Source: Somniosus microcephalus (taxonomy: Eukaryota). From it: DNA of 64,000 bases. Location of the stretch: the NCBI GenBank assembly GCA_052327205.1, contig CM126224.1:30814001-30878000 (forward strand). The letters run 5' to 3'. This document shows, in pieces, positions 40,193-50,544 of the stretch. The notes beneath the pieces were generated by a model. The model saw only the letters and a program-made list of their open reading frames with translations. It was not told where the DNA came from and did not search any database. Every line of letters begins with the position of its first letter. Positions within the stretch are counted from its first letter, which is position 1. A program made the position numbers and the translations under genes.

Positions 40193-43100
40193 AGCTGAGG
40201 GATCCGCACTTTTGGTGTGGGTTAACTAACTTCACGTTGGAAGCATTGTTTGAATATGATAGCTCTGACAGTCCAACTGTGTTTGAAATTTGAAGGGAAT
40301 TAATTTAACGGGCTGTCACAACACGTGTCATATGTCATGATATATTTGTAAAACATGTTTGCTCAGAGCAAAAACATCGTTCATTTGACAGAGCACAAAG
40401 CCAGAATAAAAGATTCGCAGCAAGTTTTTAAAATGATAAAAGAACGAAGACATGAAAGGAGAATTTTACTGATGGGTTTGGTCAAATTGTTAATATATTT
40501 CAGTGTGATATCTTAGACCTGCAGAACATTTGTTCCGTTATAATTTACAGCATGCAAAGGTCATTTAGCTGGCGGAATGTAAATACTTCTTGCTGGACCG
40601 ACACAATAGAGAATGCATTCAACAAACTCCGGATCCAAGCAACACATTCATGTTTTCATATAGACTATCCTTGGTACTTATTGGTGGCACGTTTGATGTG
40701 ACAGCTTTAGAGATGCCTCCCATATGGACACAAACAGTTCAAGGAAAATTATAGTCATGCCTTTCATTTTGTGAATATATGCATCAATTATCAGCAAAAT
40801 GAGAAGAAATATACTTCCTATCAGAATTTCTGCAAATTGGTTCATCCTTGTCTTCGCCCCTGAAATTGATATTAACTTTATTGCAGCGATCCATCCAATC
40901 TATCCCAGTGACCAAATCCCCACAGCACAGAGGGCACCGCATTACTTTGGCTTAATATCACACAGGGTTTGATCTAAGGATTGGACCCTCGACACTCTGC
41001 TGCTAACAGCCCTGGGATGTGCTGGGAATCTTGCACACATCCTGCTGCAGAACATTTATAAACTTGAAATAAATTATTCATAAAATATGAAATCCGCGTC
41101 CAGTCTGAACTAGATGTTACGCAATTATGCAATTATATTTCAATCGCTTCTTTAGGGTACAATACACCTCACCAATATTTTTCAAAAGTGAGGGCAACAA
41201 TGCTCTCGAGCAATGACATTCCGGATTCAGAGCAAATATCGCATATAGTAGTGACTGGTTGGGAATTTAAATTACAACGGAGAATTTAAATTGACAAGAT
41301 GATTAATAAAAAGAGGCAGCGTAATTTCCCCGTTCTGCGAAAAAAAATGGAAAATTCTGACCTTGTAAAATGTTTCAATGTGGCGCACAATACTGATGCA
41401 GGCCTCACAGCGCCGACACAAAGGCCTGCCTGTTCCTTTCTAATAATTACATTACGTACATTGCACATCATGGAAGGAGTTGGGATTATTTTCATATAAT
41501 TGTCTAAATGAATCGCGCAGTTATGTGAAAGTAAACGGAATTTAAAATAACGAAATGAACCAAATATTCGGCGAGTGGCAAGAAGCTAAAATAGTTCAGA
41601 ACGAGTGCAATTGAACGAGTAAATACAATTTGTAACACTATGGGTGAATGATTCGGTACTTTAGCCCACTCGCGGGGTTTTAACATGAGCACTGCTTATG
41701 GACGAGAGCTGAGAGCATTTTTGGAACTGGTGAATGGAGCTTTGAAACTTTCTCTCAACTTTCAAAGCGACAAGACTCTGTAAAGGACAGACTGCGGTTA
41801 CCTGCTCGGATACCTGATCACGGCACCGCAGCGCTTTATGTGAACTGCTTTCGTGATTTACTGAAAGGACCCGTTTAAGAACACACACCCTCACAGACAC
41901 ACACAGAAACCCGCATACACACAGACACCCAGCCCCCCACACACACACTAACTGTAATTACGTGCTGACATCAATTATTTTTTGTTGAAATTTACAACTG
42001 ATGAAAGTTCGGTTTAATAAAGATCCATTAATTCAACAACAACAAAATTCTACCCTTAACAGTGCTTCAGAAGGTTGGCTGTGAAATATTAAAAGGCTGG
42101 CTCCAAACATTTCATTCTGTGCTCTCTGAAGCGCGCTTGACATTGCTTTTTAAACATCCTGACGCACTTTAAGAGTCTTTGCCAAACGGGAATGAAAACA
42201 ACGGTGCAGATTCCCAACGGGATGCAGGTCCTTACCTGAAATAATCCACTTTGCAGAAGATTTCTTTGTTTTTAATGTAACAGCTGGTATGTCTGCGTAG
42301 GGAGGTCCTGCAGACTGAACACGCCAAACAGCGAACGTGCCAGATCAGATTATTCACCTGCAATTTAATGCAGAAAATCCATCAACTGTCACAGAGTCAG
42401 ATTAAGCACTTCACTCACTTAACCTGAACACATCAAATGCGCAGAAAGTGCGAATTGAGGCCAAAAGGTCCATCCATTCATTATTAACCTGTTTAGGATT
42501 TATTTCAGGTAGTACTTGTGTATTTTGTCTGATCTGTTTTATAACCAGCGACACACTATAATGTTATTGTAACATCATACAGAGATGAGTGTGTAAAACT
42601 CACTGAAAATACTTAGCGAAATATTAAATGCGGATATTAGTATTACTTTCTGATGATATTTTTAGATATATCATGTATATAATTTGATTTGAGAATTCCT
42701 TATTGAGCATCATGGGTTTATCGCATACATTGAACGCGCAAACCAAAGTAATCAGGCTTACTTTGCGGTTATCATTGTATTTATATATTAAACATGACGC
42801 AAATTTATTATAACTTAATTGTAACATTTAATGGAAAATAACGAGATCGCCTTGGTGCTGGCATCTTCCCACCTCAGATATAAAAATATTTGTTAAGGTT
42901 CAAACTATCCAAGGAAAGGGGAAAGGTTTAACTAAGGAAGTTACTTGAACATTTAGTGTTGCTCATTAAGCCATTTTCTGCTGATCAGTGAATCCATCAC
43001 CCAAGATGGACAGTGTAGCCACCCTGCCTCTGTATGCAAAATATAACTAGAATCTCAACTATTTATTGGTGAAAATAATGAGGTTTGGGCTCTAGGAGTC

Positions 43101-46100
43101 ACAATCGTTATACAGATTCATGTGGTTCTGCCTAATAGATTTTTCAAAACCTACAAGAGTTTCATGCAAAATAGGTGTAGATATTCATATAATGCGTTCT
43201 ACACAAGTTGTTTTAAAAGGAATTCGGCAGCGTTTGTCGTAGATTTACACCAATCCATGATTTGTTTCCACCGCCCCCGCCCCTTGTCAAATAGTCTAAA
43301 ATAGTAAATTCGACACGACTTTGAATTCGAAGGACTTTAACGTTTAACAGGAACTCCAGTTATCGATGTTCCAAGCAACACACCATTTATCTATCGATGG
43401 TAACTGCATCACAAACATTAATTAAATACCCGTATCCATAGAAAGCCAGCTAGAAAATCATAAGTTCAAGATTTAGAAATCAGAATGCTTCCCTTTTCAG
43501 TAAATGGGTGTCCCATTCCCCCAACAGTTCAGGTGGAACCACATTTCGTTACATCTTTGAAACAACGAATATAACTGCATGTGTAGATTACAGTCAGTAA
43601 ACTCTTCTCTCTTTCGTTAGAATTCGTGTATTAAAAAAATAGTATTTCATTTTACAAAACGTTGCTCGATTCAGTCAATATTTTTGTCTAAGAGTGATTA
43701 GTATTTCCACTTGGAAAGAGTTAAAAACCAACAGTTAACAATCCACACTTTCTACATTGTAAATGCTGTCATTTATAGAGTATTATTTCCTTATTTCCAT
43801 TTATCCTAACCCAACTCCGCTTTATTTTCCATAACCCTCTGTCTACCCAGCATGCACAACGCCTCCTATATCAACATAAGGGATATTGGGAACTTTCCAA
43901 CACAATCCGAACTTGGATGTTGATGTCGCGTTGGATGACAGTTTATGAAGCGGCCTTTTCTGCATTATGTTGACATTGTAACACAGTGCTGCGAGACATC
44001 CTCTGGATGCTGCATTTCTAAGTTTGGGGAGTGTGTTTGCCTATACATTGAAATATAAACCAATGCATCTGGATACCGCAGTTTCACATTGAGCAGGTTT
44101 GGAGAGTTTGAAAATCTACTGCATTGCTGAACAGTAGATTCAAAGTACGTACATATTTTCTTGCAAAAGTACACATATAAAATATATCAACGTAAATGTA
44201 TAAAATTGGAATTGACGCAGTGATTAATCTGAATCAGCAAGACCTATTTTCATTAGCCACGCTTATCAGAGATCAGCACTTAAACACACGCTTTCTCCTC
44301 TTTGTCCCCATTATCTACTTTACTTTTCTAATTCAATTGAGATTTAGGACTATTTGCTTATTTAAGCGAGCGCGCCTTATTTGAATTGCATGTAACTGAT
44401 TACTCTATATGGAGGTGTTACTCTGACTTTGGTCTCCTTGTGACCTTTAATTAAAATACTCACCTTTAACAGATATTTGTCGAGGATTTCTAAGCCACAG
44501 CTGGCACAGATGTTTTTGTCGGCAGAGGCGATGGAGTAAGAAGATGAAGGCGGAGATGAAATAGAGGGAGTGGATGGAGGACTGGGGGAAGATCGAATCT
44601 CGTCCTTCTCCACGTTAGTTCCCAACGTGTCACCATCAGAGTGGGACTGTAGAAAAGGACAAAATGAAAAATTAATACATTGCATCCAACAGTATTATAT
44701 CCGTTCTAGAGTCCTTTCACAAACTTGTAAAAACACTTTAAATTTAGGGACTGCCACTGCATATCATTTTGAATTTTAAACACTATCTATGCTTTTTGCC
44801 AGTAACTATTTGCTATCAGTACTAGTTCTATAATCAGACCGAATATAAGATTGGATTGCAAATTTTTAATTTATGAAACTAACTTTTCACGTTGAGAAAT
44901 AAAGTATACCTGATAAATACAGATGTTGGTTTCCAGTTAAATAAATCAATATCCAATACACGTATTTCACGTATTTCAGACTCACCCAGCTGCACACCTC
45001 TCTAAACCAGGGTTGATGTTATTTGTATACATGTCTGCTTCTATAGACTAGTCCTACCATAGCATTGATTATAACGTTTAAAATGCGCCTATAAAAATTA
45101 TTGCTGATCGATTTGGGATTTTGTTAACCCTCGGGAAATCATTTGAAAATGGCTGTTATTGTTGTGAAGTAAAGAGGGGCCGGAGAATTAATACATTTTA
45201 CCAATAAGCACTCGATCAGTGTGCGGCACTGTACTATATGACCAACAGTTCACCTGTCTAGAACCAGGGGATTCCACATTCACAAACCAACATGGTTTGC
45301 TCGCTATTCCGACTGTGTTTTCTACCGATGGATTCAAATGTTGTCCACGTTTTAGACGTAGCATCGTGCAACATCTAGTTAAAAGCCGATCAATGGACGG
45401 GTTTATTATGGTCGATTTTGAACGAGATTGTACATCACCAGTAACATTGCAGTCGAGGCTGATCAGTTTTGTTTTGCACTGGGGAGTTCAAGGGAAACGC
45501 ATTCTGTGACACGGGCTGTTACAAAGGATCTAAATATTATGAGCTTAGCCAACAATATGCACTTCATCGTGACAGCTGGGCTGACTTGTATCTGAAGAGC
45601 ATGCTTTGATCCTGGTCATTTGAAAAGACAAATATATTCAGGCTCCTGTACTATACACCGAAACAGCTGAAGCGCTCTAACAGTTAATAATTACCATCCA
45701 CATATATATCTTTTTATCCTATATAAAATCTAGCACACACTAACTAAAATGGATTTTTAAAAATGATACTGGAGGGGGGGGGGGTATTTTGAGGTATGTT
45801 TCGGCTGATCATTAAAATGACAATTTCATACGGGAAAGTAATGGTCAGCTTTAAGAGCCAAATCATAGTGATTAAGTACAAAGATTCTTAACATTAAATG
45901 GTTTATGTCTTAGCAGCGGCATAAAGCTGTATTGAATAAAGGCGAGCACAAGAAAGTGATGCCGTTAACATCGTCTGTTATTCACCATGACCTTTTCTTT
46001 TCAAACTTTGATTGTTTTACTTTGACGGCCCCGCTTGTAAAAAGCGCCGATTGTTTAATCTCTGACATTGACACGTACAATACAAGAGGGATCCAGCAAC

Positions 46101-47663
46101 AGCAAATGAACACAGGATTTACATGAAAAAAAATAACATCTATAGGTACATAGTCAACCTTGAGTGAATGAAGCAAGTTCTGACTAATCATGTTCATCTT
46201 AAATGTTCTCTTACTCACCATGATCTGAGAAATTTTGCTTTCCACACACCGCGATGTGCCTTGTTTATGCTGACTGTCCTGTGACATTACCTTTAAGAAA
46301 GATTTTGAACCAGAAACATGAATGCAGTGCTAGCTGCAGCAGTCTTATAAAGGTCTTTAAAGAAGAACTGGACGTTTATATATGCGCCTAAAATAATAAA
46401 TAATATTTTTCTAGTGGGCATTTAAGCCTATGCAACAATACGGCATTTAATGAAGCAATTTTAATTTTGATTCGATCTTTTCTCCACTTAACCCTGGGCT
46501 CTTGAAGTAATCGCTCACTTTCTGTGCAATCCAAGGCAGAGAAATAAACTACCTGCAATTAGAAACTGGATGAAATCCGGAAGATAAGTGCCAGCCAGGG
46601 TGTCAATTACAGCTGTCAATCAATAAGGCATCCGGGCACCACAGAATTGGAAATTTGATTTCCTAAATGGCAGTAATTAAAAATCTAATATTTTTTGAAC
46701 GAACGACTGGGAGATGAGAGTGTGAAGTGGACAGCTTGAAAGCTTTTTCTATTCAGGAGACCTCTTTTTCCCCCCTTTTAATTTCAGATCGAGATTTACA
46801 ATTGCAAATGCTCCTTTTTAACCAGCTAATACTGAGGAGGAAGGTAGTAATTTTTCGATCTATAGTGCGGAGTTAAATGGAAAAGGGGGCACGTTTTCGA
46901 TTATTAGTCGCGTTTAAGGAGCCGGCACAACTTGCATGAGGTCTGGGAGTACAGTTATATCTGAAAGCTTTTTTTTTGGCACACACACAGTATCTTGACA
47001 TTGCATCATGCATTTTACAATACGTTTTGTTTCCAATGGCCTTATAAACAAAATAAATACTTGTTTGAATATATTCTCCAAACTTAAATGGTTGTGGGCA
47101 CTATTACAATTTAAACAGTTCATTTGAAATGTATACAAACATAACACTGTACTGCAATACTCTGCCGTGTCTAGCTTCCTAGTTGAACAATCTCACTGAT
47201 ATTATTCCGGCCCATTGGTTATTATACGTCCCCCTACACTCCTATCACCTATTTTTGAAGGGGCGGTCTATTTTCAATTCAGTTTTATGTTTGAGACGTT
47301 CATTCTCCACGTTCGCCTTTTAGCTATATTTGGAAATCTGTAATAAATCCCATAATAAGCTCACAGGAGACACTTGGACACACTTTAACGCAATTTAAAT
47401 GATTTCCAAGCCATTCGTATCCAACAAGGTTTTGCAGCCGGCTGCTTTACTATGGTTAAAATGCAAGGGAGACACACACACGGACTGACCAGAAAGTTAC
47501 TGAAACTCCCATTTAACATTGCACACAGAATTGTCCACAGTATTTCTCGCGCTCCGTCCCTCTTTGCAAAAGCGAAGTGTTTTACCTTTTCGGCCGGAAT
47601 TCCTTCAGATTGAACCTTGTTCCCCTCTGGCAGAGGAGCCAAAGTTTCACTTTTCCAGTACAT
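2949..47663 (-). CDS. LHX6: LIM/homeobox protein Lhx6, multi-exon gene (7 coding exons in window; 3' exons lie beyond position 1)
   Basis: Spliced product: [26 protein letters not shown]|VMSQ...QIM|SHSDGD...[18 protein letters not shown]|[20 protein letters not shown]...KVDYFS|[73 protein letters not shown]|[34 protein letters not shown]|[32 protein letters not shown]. The residues QIYASDW, EFGLV, AEQLQ and LADMT match LHX6 rather than its paralogue LHX8 (HIHSTDW, EFALV, ADQLQ, LAERT). All six introns are GT-AG with compatible phases. Confidence 0.96.
3480..3620 (+). mobile_element. Highly decayed CR1 fragment in LHX6 intron 6
   Basis: gagtgggcaaaatgatggcagatacagtttaatgta...tgtgaggttatac resembles the EWA..WQM.FNV.KCEV motif. 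Confidence 0.55.
3812..3912 (-). CDS. LHX6: LHX6 coding exon 6 (101 nt; linker and homeodomain N-terminal arm)
   Basis: Acceptor aaattcag|GT AAT GGG; encodes [33 protein letters not shown]; donor CAG|GTAGCA. Confidence 0.95.
4393..4823 (+). mobile_element. DeuSINE (SacSINE1-like), near full length
   Basis: tRNA-like head gctgtggctcagtgggtagcac...gggttcacgtccc; Deu core cccatggcactatttcgaagaagagcagggga...cctggccaatatttatccctcaaccaac; L2-type tail gcgctatataaatgcaagtctttcttt. Confidence 0.85.
6828..7158. mobile_element. AT-rich foldback/MITE with perfect 21-bp TIRs and an internal ~45-bp minisatellite
   Basis: aaaccttttcgtgcttagaac at 6828 and its exact reverse complement ending at 7158; interior is tandem atgaacaatg(a/g)cagtatataatagaaatagttctattatat units. 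Confidence 0.7.
7566..7776. mobile_element. Penelope-like inverted pseudo-LTR mini-element (hairpin)
   Basis: ~83-bp near-perfect inverted arms (7597-7679 and 7695-7779); flanked by the 15-bp direct repeat ttctaattcttccac (7551-7565 and 7777-7791); arm sequence matches the 3' end of the GIY-YIG element at 57911-58561. Confidence 0.8.
8545..9571 (+). mobile_element. CR1 3' fragment split by a MITE (CR1 parts 8545-8674 and 9387-9571)
   Basis: [10 protein letters not shown]...RKHFFTQ before the insertion; atctggaact...cctactcctattcctatgttcct after it. Confidence 0.85.
8675..9386. mobile_element. GC-rich PIF/Harbinger-type MITE
   Basis: Termini GGGCTAAAAATTCAGT and, reverse-complemented, GGCCTAGAAATTCAGT; 3-bp TSD AAA; interrupts a CR1. 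Confidence 0.8.
9880..10348 (+). mobile_element. CR1 3' fragment
   Basis: [30 protein letters not shown]; standard CR1 3'UTR. Confidence 0.85.
10782..11507. mobile_element. PIF/Harbinger-type MITE (GC-rich arms, AT-rich core)
   Basis: Termini GGGCCGTATTTTCCGATC and revcomp GGCCCAGATATTCCGATC; 3-bp TSD ATT (10779-10781 and 11508-11510). Confidence 0.8.
11511..11680 (+). mobile_element. Ancient LF-SINE-like relic
   Basis: tgggacctgagttggaatccagg...gggatgaaagtt...gtgaaatgagg...gctggcacaattggg follows the motif order of the LF-SINE consensus as recalled. Confidence 0.45.
12860..13210 (+). mobile_element. Very old non-LTR retrotransposon RT relic
   Basis: Translates [27 protein letters not shown] (RT motif xFxDFxKAFDxVxH), followed by a TGGV(PQ)-like remnant. 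Confidence 0.6.
13413..15515 (-). mobile_element. CR1 LINE ORF2 fragment (~2.1 kb, 5'-truncated, frameshifted)
   Basis: [73 protein letters not shown]; CR1 3'UTR near 13413. Confidence 0.95.
17041..17148 (+). mobile_element. DeuSINE 3' fragment
   Basis: acattacaac...tacacttcaaaagtacttcattggctgtaaagc...gcgctatatacatgcacgttctttcttt. Confidence 0.75.
18215..18580 (+). mobile_element. Ancient tRNA-headed SINE (AmnSINE2-like, tentative); homologous copies at ~28370-28680 (-) and ~51707-52140 (+)
   Basis: Shared blocks ctgtg(c)tgagttagctgatc, atcca(g/a)tgacc..tgctggaa and ggacaggat.gg.c.a.ctgtgatgc recur among the three copies. Confidence 0.5.
20715..21535. mobile_element. GC-rich Harbinger-type MITE relic with a CR1 fragment inserted in its left end
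   Basis: ggggtagatttt, then CR1 (20723-20948), then ttttaactatcaggcgg... GC/CpG-rich body; right terminus is degenerate. Confidence 0.5.
20723..20948 (+). mobile_element. CR1 3' end fragment
   Basis: tttttcacacagagggtagtggaaatctggaactct...ggcctactcctgttcctagg. Confidence 0.85.
22060..22717 (+). mobile_element. L2 LINE 3' fragment
   Basis: [50 protein letters not shown]; tail gacgctatataaatgcaagttgttgtt. Confidence 0.85.
23640..24210 (+). mobile_element. LF-SINE-like relic interrupted by a CR1 (parts ~23640-23675 and ~24008-24210)
   Basis: cctttcacctctggagcctgagtttgaat | CR1 | ...gtcctatgtgaaatatgttttggcaacctcag...; motif order as recalled for LF-SINE. Confidence 0.55.
23677..24007 (-). mobile_element. 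CR1 3' fragment
   Basis: [43 protein letters not shown] plus 3'UTR. Confidence 0.85.
25251..25471 (-). CDS. LHX6: LHX6 coding exon 5 (221 nt; LIM2)
   Basis: Acceptor ttttttccag|C CGG TTT; complete LIM zinc-finger pattern; donor AAT G|GTAATT, phase 1. Confidence 0.96.
28370..28680 (-). mobile_element. Ancient SINE, same family as 18215-18580
   Basis: Reverse complement contains ggctgtgctgagttagctgatg...tatccagtgacctgtactgtgaagtgtgtgtg...gcaggattggccccaactgtgatgc...aaataacctg. Confidence 0.5.
29606..30057 (+). mobile_element. DeuSINE (SacSINE1-like)
   Basis: Colinear with 4393-4823: head, Deu core and L2-type tail. Confidence 0.85.
30868..30918. repeat. Short tandem triplication of taattgtgaaaatctaaa(a/t)
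   Basis: Two full and one partial ~19-20-bp units. Confidence 0.8.
35125..35900 (+). mobile_element. LF-SINE-like relic interrupted by a CR1 (parts ~35125-35265 and ~35760-35900)
   Basis: ggcctctcagttctgggagctgtgttcaaatgcaagccagac...ggtcctacatgaaattaatttgggttatctcaa, colinear with the 23640 copy. Confidence 0.45.
35280..35755 (+). mobile_element. CR1 3' fragment
   Basis: [40 protein letters not shown]...[14 protein letters not shown]; tail ttcttatgttctt. Confidence 0.9.
37775..37895 (+). mobile_element. CR1 3'UTR fragment
   Basis: gatcagccatgatcttattgaatggcgaagcaggctggaggggcc...tttcttatgttctt. Confidence 0.75.
38380..38730. mobile_element. Cluster of short CR1 (+), DeuSINE tail (+) and L2-type tail (-) fragments
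   Basis: gattcaatagtagccttcaaaagggaattggataa; aaagcgcctttcgcgacc...gaagtactttttgaagtgtagtcac; (caa)n cttgtatttatatagcgcc. Confidence 0.6.
40154..40190. repeat. (CA)n microsatellite
   Basis: Uninterrupted AC run of ~18 units. Confidence 0.95.
42236..42357 (-). CDS. LHX6: LHX6 coding exon 4 (122 nt; rest of LIM1; absent from the ORF track)
   Basis: Read directly: ttgcag|GTG AAT AAT CTG ATC TGG CAC GTT CGC TGT...GAT TAT TTC AG|gtaag = [40 protein letters not shown]+AG; phase 2. Confidence 0.95.
44464..44646 (-). CDS. LHX6: LHX6 coding exon 3 (183 nt; Ser/Pro-rich linker and start of LIM1)
   Basis: Acceptor ttttctacag|TCC; donor AAG|GTGAGT; encodes ...[12 protein letters not shown]...[18 protein letters not shown]. 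Confidence 0.95.
46219..46290 (-). CDS. LHX6: LHX6 coding exon 2 (72 nt, [24 protein letters not shown])
   Basis: Acceptor tttcttaaag|GTA ATG; donor ATG|GTGAGT; 24 codons, aligning with human [24 protein letters not shown]. Confidence 0.85.
47586..47663 (-). CDS. LHX6: LHX6 coding exon 1 (78 nt, [26 protein letters not shown])
   Basis: ATG at 47663; MYWK start as in the long vertebrate LHX6 isoform; donor AAG|GTAAAA, phase 0. Confidence 0.9.
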
Positions 47664-48700
47664 GGGGAACGTCGAGTCTTAAAAGAACTGGTTCCGCAAC
47701 ACCCAGGAAACTGCTCGAGAACTTTCAGTGTCGATCAAAAGATTCCCTCTTTTTTTCTCTCTCTCTCTCCTCTTCCCCCTTGCTAGATAAAAGTATAAAA
47801 TCCACTTGTGGACAGCTCCAGAAGCAGCCCCTGTGTTTCGGGAGCACAGCACGGTTAGACAGCATCAGCATTTATCAGAGGCGGACCAGAAAATCCTGTT
47901 TGCGCTGAGGTATGAGGGGGCATTCAGTGTGATTACGTTTCGAAACTGGACATCAACGCAGCGCTTGCGAATTTTTAGCTGTGGAGAGAGAGAGAGAGAG
48001 AGAAACACACACACACACACACACATCAATTTGCTTGGAAGTTTCAGTTCCTCGACTTCAGAGATCTGATCGCAGACAGCGGGCTTTTTCAAGAGGTAAA
48101 TGTTTACTGGGCTTTGTTAAAAAAAAATTCTTCCTTCCACTTTTCCGTTTGGAGATGAAGTTGCTGGAAGCCAGGAAGTGAAGTGACTCGATCATGTAGG
48201 GCACGTCTGGTCTGTCAGCTTCTAGAGAAAGTCCATGTGGAAATACGAGGGGTTTAGGGATCTGTTTAATCTAACTGTGTAATCAGGATTGACCGGAGGT
48301 GACTGGGAGAGAAAGTTCACCTCCTCTCCTTCACTTTAACCCGAGTGAGTTCAACCTCAGCCAGAAGCGCCCACAGGGTTATCAGTGGGTTAGCAGGCGT
48401 TTCAAGATCTGTGTATCTGTTTCCCAATCATTTTTCATGGACCCTTATTGAAATGTATAATCATGCAGTTAAATTCCTACCACAGTTTATTTTTAATTAT
48501 GGAAATTCATTGCGGTCATCTATATATTAATGACTCATCTAAATCAAATCAAATCAAACAATTTTATAAACAAGCAATTGGTTTGTTCGGCATGTACAAA
48601 ACTGAACTGGGGATGAACAACCCCCGCCTTAAATGTACAATTTCGGGAGTTGGTTAGTTATTGCACTTGCTATGCGCGCACACATCTACAAATAAATGAA
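47664..48700 (-). promoter_or_regulatory. Probable LHX6 5'UTR and proximal promoter (TSS not determinable)
   Basis: Immediately upstream of the ATG, CpG-rich, no recognisable interspersed repeats; boundaries are approximate. Confidence 0.5.
47984..48025. repeat. Compound (GA)n(CA)n microsatellite upstream of the LHX6 ATG
   Basis: GA run followed by an AC run, seen directly. Confidence 0.95.
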
Positions 48701-49166
48701 AGGCACACCCTCTGGTTGACTGAGAGATGATTAGGTATGTGAGTTAACACATCTGCCCGTGCCTGGACTGGCACAGTAATCTGTGCACATGGCACTGTTG
48801 CTGTCATCTGCTCCTCACTCCACCCCCAGAACGCAATCCCGACCGATGTTTTTTTATGCAAAGTGTTCGCATTATTTTCGCTCGGCTCAGACTCCATACG
48901 ATATGTGACAAACCTTCAGTGTAAGCATTTAGATTTTATAGATTTTATGTCCTTATTCTTTTTTTCCCTTGGGTCCATTGTGATGCTTATGATAAAATAG
49001 AAATGCGCCAGTGGAGCATTATAAATGAATTTGCACCGAGGCATCTATTTTATAAATGCCAATGTATACCTAAGTTTGTGGATGTGTATATTTCCATGTG
49101 CAGCTGCAATTAGGTATGTACGTATTTGTGTGTCTGTGGCTAGCTAGGCTTTGTACCTGTATGCAG

Positions 49167-49176
<10 letters not shown>

Positions 49177-49203
<27 letters not shown>
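49177..49203. repeat. (GT)n microsatellite
   Basis: GT run seen directly. Confidence 0.95.
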
Positions 49204-49204
<1 letters not shown>

Positions 49205-49444
49205 CCAACTGTGCACTGTGTCTATGAAATTTGCATGTGCTGTATATTAGTACTACTCGTTCAGTTCTCTTTCGCATGTATAAGAGACTGGGACTACTTT
49301 CCTGTACTCCTCGGCTGCCAGCACTGCCCCACTCAAAGCTCTGAAACAGTACATTTGATGAATTTGTCACAAGGCCAATTTGAATTTCTGGCTCCCTGGT
49401 GGAATTGGCATCACATATTTTATAAGAATGTATAAAATAATATA

Positions 49445-49715
49445 GTACAAAGGGGCATAATCTTAAGCATGGAGTTCGGCCATTCAGGAGTGAGATCAGG
49501 CAGCACTTTTCACACACAAAGCGGAGCGGACATCTGGAACTCTCTCCCCTAAAGGCTGTAGATGCTGGGTCAATTGAAATTTTCAAAACTGAGATGTATA
49601 GATTTGTGTTAGGTAAGGGTATCAATGGATAGGGAGCAAAGGCGGGAACATGGAGTCAGCCATGATCTAATTGAATGGCGGGACAGACTCGAGGGGCTGA
49701 ATGGCTTACTATGTT
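49445..49715 (+). mobile_element. CR1 3' fragment
   Basis: ggggcataatcttaag...cactttttcacacac...ctggaactctctcccc...gaggggctgaatggc. Confidence 0.8.
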
Positions 49716-50544
49716 AATACATATTAAAATTTGCAAATGAAAGAAGCCACATCAGTGGGATATGTGCCTGTAACCTACCAGCAGGGTTTAATTATAGCTT
49801 ATTTTAATAGTTAGAGAGCTAAGGAGGGGTGGGGGGGGGAGCTAGAAATCTAGAATAGCTCGAGGTTAGATTATTAAAATGTGCTGGGACTGCCGGCACT
49901 CCGCACAATTTCTAACTTCAATCCCCACTTTTAGGATTTTCAGGATGGCAGACAAAATCCTGGGCAGAGACCTGAAAGTATTTTACATAAAGACAATGAG
50001 CCATTGGAGCGTCTCAGTGCCTGTAATAACGCATTCGTTGCATAAACCCATCCCTCCCTGTTAAATAGTTGGGTAGCAGTGTATTCCAATCGTGAATGGG
50101 ACTCCAACACTGAATGGTGCCTGCCCCGCTCACTCCCAGGTACACTTGTGCACCGACAGTGCCTCTCCCATGGGTATGAGAACGTGTGTGTGTGTGAACG
50201 CCACTGTATTCAGACGAGGAATGCAGACTCCCTTTGAGCACACCTGACATCTCCGTTGAGGTCAGTTGTCACTTGGCATCCGTTCCGCTCCCCTCACAAT
50301 TCTCTGTCCCACACTTTCTTTTCTTTGGTAGCACGAAGGACGAGGTTAGCCTGTCTCCATTAGGTGGAATGGACAGTTTATGTTCAGTGTAGTAATAACT
50401 CATTTTGCGCTTATATTGGAAATGACTGCCCTTATTTTGAAATGTAATTTTTTGTTACATTAGTGATGTGGGTTGATATTCAGTGAATGGAGTAAGAGTG
50501 AAATGCGGAACAGTATTAGTTACTTGAAGTTGTATATTTATATC

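Noticed and set aside
2949-47663. Calling the gene LHX8
   Set aside because: LIM2, linker and homeodomain diagnostic residues and the exon 2-3 sequence match LHX6; only a few LIM1 residues are LHX8-like.
47371-48670. Specific NKX2-1 promoter site (CACTTG at ~47371, ~47803 and ~48664)
   Set aside because: Hexamers are too common to assign without an alignment to the characterised mouse element.
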